DNA from: Candidatus Latescibacterota bacterium
Lineage (GTDB): Bacteria > Latescibacterota > UBA2968 > UBA8231
Assembly: GCA_965203355.1 (NCBI GenBank)
Contig: OZ241889.1
Coordinates: 1,536,001 to 1,600,000, forward strand
Reading direction: 5' to 3'
Length of the DNA stretch: 64,000 nt
The notes beneath the pieces are model-generated. The model saw only the letters and a list, made by a program, of their open reading frames with translations. It ran no database searches and was not told the DNA's origin. Positions within the stretch are counted from its first letter, which is position 1. Every line of letters begins with the position of its first letter. Positions 16,525-24,386 of the stretch are shown here, piece by piece. Made by a program: the position numbers and the translations under genes.

Positions 16525-18429
16525 ATGGCCGCGCTGCGCTTAGCCGCCCTCATCATCGGCATCACGGTCGCAAGCGGGTGGTTGCTCCAGCGCGTCGAGT
16601 TGCTGTACAACGGTCCGCATTTGGCCGGGGCCGGGAGTGCGCCCGGGGCCCAGGTTTTTCTCGCCGTGCCCATAGGGGTTTTGGCCGCCGTTGCGCTAAT
16701 GCGTCGCTTGCTCGGGCCGGGGGATCGGGCGGTGCTTTACGCCGCACTGGTCATCGGGGTGTCGGCGACCGCTTCCGGCCTGATGCACCGGTTTTTGCCG
16801 GGCTTGGTGACGGGTTTTTACGGAGGTTTTGCCCAGCCAACGGCCCCCTATTATCGCTTTTTGCAAGTCGTCCCGGCTTGGCTGGTGCCCGGCGGTCCGA
16901 ATGAAGCGCCGGCCATCGGAGCATTTGAAGGCGGCGCGGCCGTGCCGTGGGGGGCCTGGCTGTGGCCGTTGGCGATGTGGAGTGTGTTTTTCGGTGCGTT
17001 TTTTCTGACCTGCTTCTGCTTGGTGTGGCTATTGCGGCAACGCTGGTTGGAGACCGAGCGGCTGGGATTTCCGCTGCTGGAGGTTCCTCGCGCCCTCATT
17101 GCCGGAGACCTGTTTGGCCAGCGGCTGTTTTGGTGGGGCGCGTTGGTGCCGGGGGTGTTGTTGGGGATCAATGGCTGGCACCACTACGCGCCGTCCGTGC
17201 CCGCGATTCCCACAATTTTGTACATGGAGCATTTTCTGCTCGACGATCCGTGGAAAGCCATGGCTCCTTTTGAGTCGCCGTTCCACTTTGAGTTTGTCCC
17301 CCTGTTGGTGGGGGCGGCGTTTCTCGCTCCCGTGGAGGTGTCGTTCAGCACGTGGTTTTTTTATTTGCTCACCCGCGTGCAGTTGCTGGTGGCCCATTTC
17401 CTCGGACGCTCGGAATATCGCGGCGATTTCATTCCCGGGCACGGATCGCCGTGGCTAGATTGGCCGAGTCACTTTCCCTTTTTTATGACGCAGGCGCGTG
17501 GCGGCTTGCTGTTTTTGGGGCTGTTCAGTCTGTGGTCGGCGCGGCGGGCCCTGGCCGCGGCCATCTCTTGGCGCAGTCCGGCGACGTGGGGGCTGGTGAT
17601 TGGGCTGCTGGTGCTGTGGGCGTGGACTACGGCTTTGGGGGTGCCGCCGCTGATGGGCATTGCGGCCCTGGTGCTGGTGTTGCTGTTGGCGTTGACGTTT
17701 GCGCGGCTGCGGATCGACGGAGGCTTGCCCATTGTGGGGATGCCGCAGATCGTGGGCTATCTGTTCTTCGTGGTCTTGGGAACCGGCGCTGGGCATTTTG
17801 CCGACGAGACCTACATGGGATTTGGCTTCTTGGCGGTGTTTGGCTTTACGATGATTGGCCTCTGGCCCGCCTTGCAATTTGAGGGGCTGAAATTGGCCGA
17901 GATTCACGGCGTGTCGCCGCGCCGCTTGATTTGGGGGATGGCTTTGGGATTGGCCGTTGGGTTGGGGGCCGGCTATGTGTTTTCGCTGGAAGCGATCTAT
18001 GAGCACGGGCTGTTCGCCTTGCAGGAACAGGGCGGGGCGCGGGCCGAAGCACGCATTGGCCGCTACTACAACTATTTGTTCAAAGACGCGGGCACCGTGG
18101 ATGGGGGCACGGACTGGGTGCGCTTGGGATTTCACGCGGGCGGGGCGGGCTTTACCTATTTTTTGGCGTTGATGCGCCAACACTTTCTCCGCTGGCCCTT
18201 GCATCCAATGGGCTTTGTGTTTGGCACGGGTTTTGGCTGGCTGGTGTGGGGGTCGGTGTTGTGCGGCTGGCTGTGTAAGTGGTTGGCGGTGCGCTACGGC
18301 GGAGCGCAAACCTACCGGCGGGTCATGCCGTTTTTCTTGGGGATGATTTGCGGCGAGGTCGCCATGCGGCTGGTGTGGGCTGCGGTCGCGCTGTTGCAAG
18401 GCGAAATGGGAGGCGGATACCGACCGTGA
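16525..18429 (+). CDS. DUF6785/DUF6784-family multi-pass membrane protein
   Basis: 'RQRWLETERLGFPLLEVP', 'WPLHPMGF', 'PFFLGMICGE'; paralog of 1-1710. Confidence 0.75.
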   Translation: MAALRLAALIIGITVASGWLLQRVELLYNGPHLAGAGSAPGAQVFLAVPIGVLAAVALMRRLLGPGDRAVLYAALVIGVSATASGLMHRFLPGLVTGFYGGFAQPTAPYYRFLQVVPAWLVPGGPNEAPAIGAFEGGAAVPWGAWLWPLAMWSVFFGAFFLTCFCLVWLLRQRWLETERLGFPLLEVPRALIAGDLFGQRLFWWGALVPGVLLGINGWHHYAPSVPAIPTILYMEHFLLDDPWKAMAPFESPFHFEFVPLLVGAAFLAPVEVSFSTWFFYLLTRVQLLVAHFLGRSEYRGDFIPGHGSPWLDWPSHFPFFMTQARGGLLFLGLFSLWSARRALAAAISWRSPATWGLVIGLLVLWAWTTALGVPPLMGIAALVLVLLLALTFARLRIDGGLPIVGMPQIVGYLFFVVLGTGAGHFADETYMGFGFLAVFGFTMIGLWPALQFEGLKLAEIHGVSPRRLIWGMALGLAVGLGAGYVFSLEAIYEHGLFALQEQGGARAEARIGRYYNYLFKDAGTVDGGTDWVRLGFHAGGAGFTYFLALMRQHFLRWPLHPMGFVFGTGFGWLVWGSVLCGWLCKWLAVRYGGAQTYRRVMPFFLGMICGEVAMRLVWAAVALLQGEMGGGYRP

Positions 18430-20396
18430 CGGCTAGCGAACTGACCAGTTACCGCGACCTGATGAAGCCCCCGACGCGCTTCCGCGAGGGCTTTACCATC
18501 CGCACTGTGGCCGGGGCGTTCTTCGTCGGCTTTATCATGATGCCCGGTGCTATTTACATGGGCCTGATTGCGGGTGCATCGCTCGGCGCGGCTGCCGAGT
18601 GGGTGACCATCATCCTGTTTTCCGAACTGGCGCGGCGTTCCTTTTCCGCGCTGACGCGCCAAGAAATTTACCTGATCTACTACATTGCCGGCGGCTTGGC
18701 CGGCGTCATTGGCGGCACCATGCTGGCCGGGGGGCCGTTTGGACAACTCGTGTGGAACCAGTACCTCGTGCAGTCGCAGGCCGCGGCTGGTTTTGGCATT
18801 GCCGAGCACATCCCGGAGTGGGTCGCGCCGCCGATAGATTCCGATGCGCTGATGGGGCGCAGCTTTTTGCACCGGGCGTGGATCCCGCCCATGGTCGTGC
18901 TCGTTGCGTCGCAGTTTTTGTCGCGGGTCGAGTGGTTCACGCTCGGCTACATCCTCTTTCGCATCACGTCCGATGTGGAGCGTTTGCCCTTTCCGTTGGC
19001 GCCCGTCGCCGCGCAAGGGGCGACCGCGCTGGCCGAGAGCGATGAGGAGCGGGATAGTTGGCGCTGGCGGGTTTTCTCGGTGGGCATGGGAATCGGGTTG
19101 CTGTTCGGCGCGGTATACGTGGGTTTGCCGGCACTGACCGGATTGATCGCCAGCGATCCCATCGTCCTGCTGCCCATCCCGTGGATCGACCTGACGCGCA
19201 CGACAGAGACCATTCTGCCGGCTGCGCCCTTGGGTATTGGCACGGACTTGGGCCTAGTGTTGTTGGGCATGGTGCTGCCGTTTTGGATCGTCGTTGGCAC
19301 GTTTGCCGCGGCCATGGTCCACGCCTTGGGCAGTCCGATTCTCTACCACGCTGGCATGTTGACGCACTGGCGGCCGGGCATGGACGCGATCCTGACGAAC
19401 TTCGCCAACGACATTGACGTGTGGATGAGCGTGTACATTGGCGCGGGTGCGGCTGTGGGCGCGATTGGCTTGGTCCACGCCGTGCTGTCGGTGCGGGCCT
19501 CGCGCCGTCAGGGCGGACATCGCCCGTTGCAGGATACGCCGGTCGGCCGGGGCGACTTCCCGCTGTGGATGGCGATTGGCGGATACGTTCTATCGACGCT
19601 GGCGATGATCTGGCTCTGCGTGTTGTTGCTCGAAGACGACGAGTTTCCGCTGATCTTTTTGCTGCTTTTTGGCTTTGTGGTGACGCCGGTGATTTCGTAT
19701 GTCAATGCGCGCATGGCCGGGTTGACCGGACAGTTGGTCAGTTTTCCGTTGCTGCGCGAAGGTGCTTTTATTTTGAGCGGGTACAAAGGCATTGATATAT
19801 GGTTCGCGCCCATTCCGTACTCCGATCACGGCCGGCGCGCCCAGCTCTTCCGCGAAGTGGAGCTGACCGGGACGCGCTTCTCGTCGATTCTCAAGGCCGA
19901 GCTGTTGCTGTTGCCGCTGAGCTTGGTCTGCGGTTTTGTGTTTTGGTCGCTGGTCTGGCAGATGGAACCCATTCCCTCGCCGACCTTCCAATACGCGCAG
20001 ACGTATTGGCACCTGATCGCGCTGCGCCAGTGCTTGTGGTACTCGGCGACGTTGGGCGGGGAAACGCTGTTTGATCAGGCGATTAAGGGCTGGTGGATCT
20101 TGGGGAGTTTTGTGATGGCCGGGGGGCTGTTTGGGGTTATGTCGTGGTTGGGGTGGCCGATTTCGCTGGTGTACGGGTTTGTGCGCGGCCTTGGGGGCTT
20201 GCCGCATTTGCTGATCCCGGAGATGGCCGGGGCCCTGTTGGCCCGCTATTGGCTGGAGCCGCGCTTTGGCGTGCAGCAATGGCGGCAATACGCACCGGTG
20301 TTGTTGGCTGGATACGCTTGCGGCATGGGCTTGATCGGCATGTCGGCGGTGGCCATTGCGTTGATATCTAAATCGGTGACGCAGTTGCATTATTGA
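18426..20396 (+). CDS. OPT/YSL-like oligopeptide transporter
   Basis: GTG 18426 overlaps upstream TGA; 'EGFTIRTVAGAFFVGFIMMPG', 'SDVERLPFPLAPVAAQG'; many TMs. Confidence 0.75.
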   Translation: MTASELTSYRDLMKPPTRFREGFTIRTVAGAFFVGFIMMPGAIYMGLIAGASLGAAAEWVTIILFSELARRSFSALTRQEIYLIYYIAGGLAGVIGGTMLAGGPFGQLVWNQYLVQSQAAAGFGIAEHIPEWVAPPIDSDALMGRSFLHRAWIPPMVVLVASQFLSRVEWFTLGYILFRITSDVERLPFPLAPVAAQGATALAESDEERDSWRWRVFSVGMGIGLLFGAVYVGLPALTGLIASDPIVLLPIPWIDLTRTTETILPAAPLGIGTDLGLVLLGMVLPFWIVVGTFAAAMVHALGSPILYHAGMLTHWRPGMDAILTNFANDIDVWMSVYIGAGAAVGAIGLVHAVLSVRASRRQGGHRPLQDTPVGRGDFPLWMAIGGYVLSTLAMIWLCVLLLEDDEFPLIFLLLFGFVVTPVISYVNARMAGLTGQLVSFPLLREGAFILSGYKGIDIWFAPIPYSDHGRRAQLFREVELTGTRFSSILKAELLLLPLSLVCGFVFWSLVWQMEPIPSPTFQYAQTYWHLIALRQCLWYSATLGGETLFDQAIKGWWILGSFVMAGGLFGVMSWLGWPISLVYGFVRGLGGLPHLLIPEMAGALLARYWLEPRFGVQQWRQYAPVLLAGYACGMGLIGMSAVAIALISKSVTQLHY

Positions 20397-20401
20397 GGGC
20401 G

Positions 20402-20540
20402 GTCAGCCGCGCCAGGCTCGGCCGAGATCAAATGCGCGTTTGACCCCGCGACTTTTGTGGCCGACGACCGCGTAGTACGGCACGAGATCGCAGCCAAAGC
20501 CGCGCTTGAAAAAGGCGATGCTCGGCCTGTTAGTGCCGAC
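20402..20540 (-). pseudogene. Displaced duplicate of the GNAT gene 3' end (copy of 21777-21915)
   Basis: 139 bp, 132 identical by manual alignment, includes the stop codon. Confidence 0.9.
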
Positions 20541-20733
20541 GGAACCAGCCTACAAAACGTTACCCAAAGGCACCATCCCTGTATCCTCCAACCCCCGGCG
20601 ACCTTCCTTTTGCTGTCGATGTAAAAAGGCCGAACTCCCTGCGGGGCAAGCCAAAATACAATCCATACGCGGCCTTGGCACAGGCTTTGCCTACGCAACG
20701 TAAGCCGATGACACCCCAACCCGCCGAGGTGCC

Positions 20734-21711
20734 ATGCCCCCCATCGACGCTCTCACCAAACACTTCGTCCAGACCTACCCCCACCACTTCCTCCAATTCA
20801 CCTTTCAACGCGACGACATCCAACTCGTCAAAATCCTCCCCACCGAACAAACCACCGTCGAAACCCGCCACCTTGACACCCTTCTCAAAGTCCAAATTGA
20901 TGGCCAACCCTCCCTCGTTCACTACGAATTCCAAACCACCGACAGCACCCCCTCCATGCCCCGCCGCATGGCCAGCTACATCGGACGCCTCATCGGCCAA
21001 TCCGGCCTTCCGGTCTATGCCCACGTCATCTATCTCCGTCCCGACGCTGGTAAAAATGATCCGGGCAGTTACATCCAAGAGCATCCCTTGTATCCCATAC
21101 GCATTCACTACGCCGTTCTCCGCCTCGCCGACCTCCCCGGCGAAATCGTCCGCGATGGCCGCTTATTCGGCCTGCTGCCCGTAGCCACGCTGATGCAGCC
21201 GCCGCTGGGCACGCACCGCGACCAATGGCTGACCGAGTGCATGGCCATGACGCGCGCGCTTCCGCTAGACTCGTCAGCCAAGGCCAACATGGCGTTGGGA
21301 TTGGCTTTTTACAGCAGCTTAACGTATGATAAGCAGCACCTTTTCACCCTTTTGGCTAAGGAGCGTCTCATGGACATTCTCAAAGAATCCGAGTTTGCGC
21401 GCGACTTTTTAGATATGCTGCGGGAGGAGTTCGGGGACGAACTTAGGAGACAAGCTGAGGACGAAATCAGAGGACAAGGCATTGAGCAGGGCCGAGAGCA
21501 AGGCATTGAGCAAGGCATTGAGCAGGGCCGAGAGCAAGGCATCCGCCACAGCATCCAAGCCGTGCTGGAGCTGCGTTTCGGTGCCGGTGCTGCCCAAGCC
21601 TTCGCCGCCCGCTTGGCGTCCATTGACGACGTACAGCGTCTCGAGCACTTGCATCGCGTTGCCGTGCAGGCGTCGAAACCCGAAGAAGTAAGCCGCCTGC
21701 TAGACGACTAG
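20734..21711 (+). CDS. Rpn/YhgA-like recombination-promoting nuclease (PD-(D/E)XK 'putative transposase' family)
   Basis: 'RHLDTLL...VHYEFQT...MPRRMASY' motif; (EQGI/R)n repeats; C-terminal 'LELRFG' domain. Confidence 0.8.
   Translation: MPPIDALTKHFVQTYPHHFLQFTFQRDDIQLVKILPTEQTTVETRHLDTLLKVQIDGQPSLVHYEFQTTDSTPSMPRRMASYIGRLIGQSGLPVYAHVIYLRPDAGKNDPGSYIQEHPLYPIRIHYAVLRLADLPGEIVRDGRLFGLLPVATLMQPPLGTHRDQWLTECMAMTRALPLDSSAKANMALGLAFYSSLTYDKQHLFTLLAKERLMDILKESEFARDFLDMLREEFGDELRRQAEDEIRGQGIEQGREQGIEQGIEQGREQGIRHSIQAVLELRFGAGAAQAFAARLASIDDVQRLEHLHRVAVQASKPEEVSRLLDD
21370..21711 (+). CDS. Putative intragenic small Rpn C-terminal protein (RpnS-like antitoxin)
   Basis: In-frame ATG at 21370 preceded by AAGGAG (21358-21363) with 6-nt spacing. 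Confidence 0.55.
   Translation: MDILKESEFARDFLDMLREEFGDELRRQAEDEIRGQGIEQGREQGIEQGIEQGREQGIRHSIQAVLELRFGAGAAQAFAARLASIDDVQRLEHLHRVAVQASKPEEVSRLLDD
21475..21542. repeat. 12-bp tandem repeat (QGIE/QGRE) x5.7
   Basis: caaggcattgag / cagggccgagag units. Confidence 0.9.
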
Positions 21712-21777
21712 TCCAATCGCTGCCCACCTCACGACAGCCCAGTCCCACCGCAGAGCTGGGGCCTTCGTCTCTCCTCG

Positions 21778-22761
21778 TCAGCCGCGCAAGGCTCGGCGGA
21801 GATCAAATGCGCGCTTGACCCAGCGACTTTTGTGGCCGACGACCGCGTAGTACGGCACGAGGTCGCAGCCAAAGCCGCGCTTGAAAAAGGCGATGCTCGG
21901 CATGTTAGCGCCGACAAAATCGAAGTGCTGGTGGACGGCTGTGTTGCAGTACTGCCAGTACAACAGCGAGATCGCTCCCGTGTGGTTGTAAGCGGGGTCG
22001 GCTCCGGCGGCCCAGGCATAGGTGGTGTCGAATCCCCGGACAAAGGCGACGATCGCGGCTGGCCCATCTGAGGAGGCGATTTCGTACGCTTGGGCTAAAC
22101 CAGCCGCTAAAGCGGCGGCGACAAAGCGCTCAGCCAAGGCCGCGGCGATAGGGGGGCTGTCGGCTTGGTTGGCGTAGATGGCTTCGTACTGCCGCCGAAA
22201 CAGCGCGACATCGCTGGTGGGCCGCAGTTGATAGCCAAGTTTTTCAGCCTTGCGAATGGCGGTGCGCGTGCGGCGCTCAATGCGCTCCCAGCGTGCGTTG
22301 TCGTCGCCGAGCGGCAGCCGATAGGTATAGCGCAGGTGGGCGTCCCAGCCCTGCCAAGTGAAAGGGCGCACATCGGCGATAGCCGGCGCGTGGACTAGGA
22401 AGACGCGGTCGTAGTGCTTGGCGAGATGGGCGAGCAGATGCGAGCAAGCGCGGTGTTGGGCTGCTTCGGCTTTGGCCGGTCCTTTGCTAGCGACCGGGGC
22501 GAGGAGTAGGCCGGTGTAGGGCGTCAGCGCTGGGGTTTCGAGGCGGTAGAGACCGAGGCGACGGCGAACCAAGCCGCTGATACCGGCGACGAGGCGGCCG
22601 TTGCGGTAGCAGCCGAGGCGGTGGACTTGACCGCCGGTGGCGGCCGCCGCACAGCGCAGCCACGCGCTGGTGGAAAATACCGTACCGCCGATGGCTTGGC
22701 GGACGAAGCCGTCCCAAGCGGTGTCGTCGGCGACGAGGCGGATTTCAAAGGTGTCGGCCAC
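21778..22761 (-). CDS. GNAT family (FemAB-like) N-acetyltransferase
   Basis: 'WDGFV...GTVFSTSAWL', 'RTAIRKAEK', 'FDFVGANMPSIAFFKRGFG'. Confidence 0.8.
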   Translation of the reverse strand: MADTFEIRLVADDTAWDGFVRQAIGGTVFSTSAWLRCAAAATGGQVHRLGCYRNGRLVAGISGLVRRRLGLYRLETPALTPYTGLLLAPVASKGPAKAEAAQHRACSHLLAHLAKHYDRVFLVHAPAIADVRPFTWQGWDAHLRYTYRLPLGDDNARWERIERRTRTAIRKAEKLGYQLRPTSDVALFRRQYEAIYANQADSPPIAAALAERFVAAALAAGLAQAYEIASSDGPAAIVAFVRGFDTTYAWAAGADPAYNHTGAISLLYWQYCNTAVHQHFDFVGANMPSIAFFKRGFGCDLVPYYAVVGHKSRWVKRAFDLRRALRG

Positions 22762-22831
22762 AGGAGATTTCGCGGTTGGGATTCAACGTGCAAGGTAAAT
22801 TGGGGCAGGATGGGCGATTGCGCCACATAGC

Positions 22832-22860
22832 TTGACATTCCCTCTGGTACGCCATATATT
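22832..22860 (+). promoter_or_regulatory. Sigma70-type promoter of the ilv-leu operon
   Basis: TTGACA (22832-37), 17-bp spacer, TATATT (22855-60). Confidence 0.75.
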
Positions 22861-22908
22861 GAGCCCTTTATCGCATTAGAAGCTAACTTCTTGGATTACC
22901 TACGTTTA

Positions 22909-23022
22909 ATGCCAATGAGCGCGCCGTTCCAGTCTCTGCGTATTTTCCGCCCGACGCCAGTGTGGGCGCGCCTCCGACTGCTCCTCCTCGACCTACTTAT
23001 TATTGGCCGACCGGTCAAGTAG
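22909..23022 (+). CDS. Putative ilv/leu attenuation leader peptide (37 aa)
   Basis: MPMSAPFQSLRIFRPTPVWARLRLLLLDLLIIGRPVK*; clustered Leu/Ile/Val codons between the promoter and ilvC, followed by alternative hairpins. Confidence 0.75.
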   Translation: MPMSAPFQSLRIFRPTPVWARLRLLLLDLLIIGRPVK

Positions 23023-23142
23023 GCTTCGCTCCTCGTTCCACGTTTAACAGCCCAATTAACGGACGAAGCCGCTGAACGCGCAGGCTGTCAGCTAACTATG
23101 TCTATAAAACAATCTCAACGCCCTCAGTGAAGGAGAATTTTT

Positions 23143-24135
23143 ATGCAGATGTACTACGACAACGACGCCAATCTCGACCTGCTCTCGGACAAGACCGTGG
23201 CCGTTATTGGCTACGGCAGTCAAGGCCACGCCCATTCGCTCAACTTGGCAGAGAGCGGCGTCAAGGTGGTGGTGGGCCTGCGCGCGGGTAGCCAGCGGCG
23301 TGCTGAAGCCGAGGCCGCCGGGCTAGAAGTAGCCGACGTTGCCGAGGCCAGCAAGCGGGGGGACATCGCGGTGGTTCTGATCAACGACGAGGTCCAGAAG
23401 GCCGTGTACGAAGCCGACATCCGCCCCAATCTCGAAGCGGGCAATGCGCTCGCTTTTGCCCATGGGTTTAACATCCACTTTGGGCAGGTGGTACCGCCGC
23501 CAGATGTGGATGTGTTCATGGTCGCGCCCAAAGGGCCGGGGCACTTGGTGCGCCGCGTGTACCAGCAGGGAGGGGGTGTGCCGGGCCTGTTGGCCGTGTA
23601 CCAAGACGCCACTGGCCGCACGCACGAAGTCGGCTTGGCCTATGCCAAGGGGATTGGCTGCGGCCGGGCTGGAGTTATTGAGACGACCTTCCGCGAGGAG
23701 ACCGAGACCGACTTGTTCGGCGAGCAGGTGGTGCTGTGCGGTGGGTTGACCGAGTTGATCCGCGCGGGGTTCGACACGCTCGTCGAGGCCGGCTACCAGC
23801 CCGAGGTCGCTTATTTCGAGTGTCTGCACGAGGTCAAGCTGATCGTCGATCTGATCTACGAGGGCGGCATTGCCAACATGCGCTCGTCGATTTCGGATAC
23901 GGCGGAGTTTGGCGACTTGACGCGCGGCCGCCGGGTGATAACCGAGCAGACGCGCGCGGCGATGAAGCAGATTCTCGCCGATGTGCAAAACGGCCACTTT
24001 GCGCGGGAATGGCTGGCGGAAAACCAAGTGGGTCGCCCGGTGTACAATGCGATCAAGCGCCGCGATTCCGAGCACCTGATCGAGACGGTCGGCACTCGGC
24101 TGCGTGCGATGATGAGTTGGCTAGACGATAAGTAG
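23143..24135 (+). CDS. ilvC: Ketol-acid reductoisomerase
   Basis: '[13 protein letters not shown]', 'MVAPKGPGH', '[10 protein letters not shown]'. Confidence 0.98.
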   Translation: MQMYYDNDANLDLLSDKTVAVIGYGSQGHAHSLNLAESGVKVVVGLRAGSQRRAEAEAAGLEVADVAEASKRGDIAVVLINDEVQKAVYEADIRPNLEAGNALAFAHGFNIHFGQVVPPPDVDVFMVAPKGPGHLVRRVYQQGGGVPGLLAVYQDATGRTHEVGLAYAKGIGCGRAGVIETTFREETETDLFGEQVVLCGGLTELIRAGFDTLVEAGYQPEVAYFECLHEVKLIVDLIYEGGIANMRSSISDTAEFGDLTRGRRVITEQTRAAMKQILADVQNGHFAREWLAENQVGRPVYNAIKRRDSEHLIETVGTRLRAMMSWLDDK

Positions 24136-24242
24136 TAGTGGCCGGTGGCCAGTGACCAGTGACCAGTCCCAACCTCCGCCGCTCCAGCGAGGCGGGGACT
24201 GGTCACTGACCACTAACCACTGACCACTGACCACTGACCACC
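24136..24242. repeat. Heptamer-array (CAGTGAC/TGACCAC) hairpin element
   Basis: Opposed arrays of 7-mers around a GC-rich stem; related copy in reverse orientation at 47570-47641. Confidence 0.8.
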
Positions 24243-24386
24243 GAAAGGAGATGAACGCGATGGAACCCCTGCTTAGCGAGTTGAGTTCCGACCCCGACCT
24301 TTGGTCGGTAGGCGGTCTCTACACGGCTGGAGGGGACCGTCTGCCGCTTGTACCACTTCATCCGGCTAGCTTAGGAAAAACACATC

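Noticed and set aside
24136-24242. Heptamer arrays or 21-bp repeats as CRISPR arrays
   Set aside because: Units are contiguous with no unique spacers; no cas genes.
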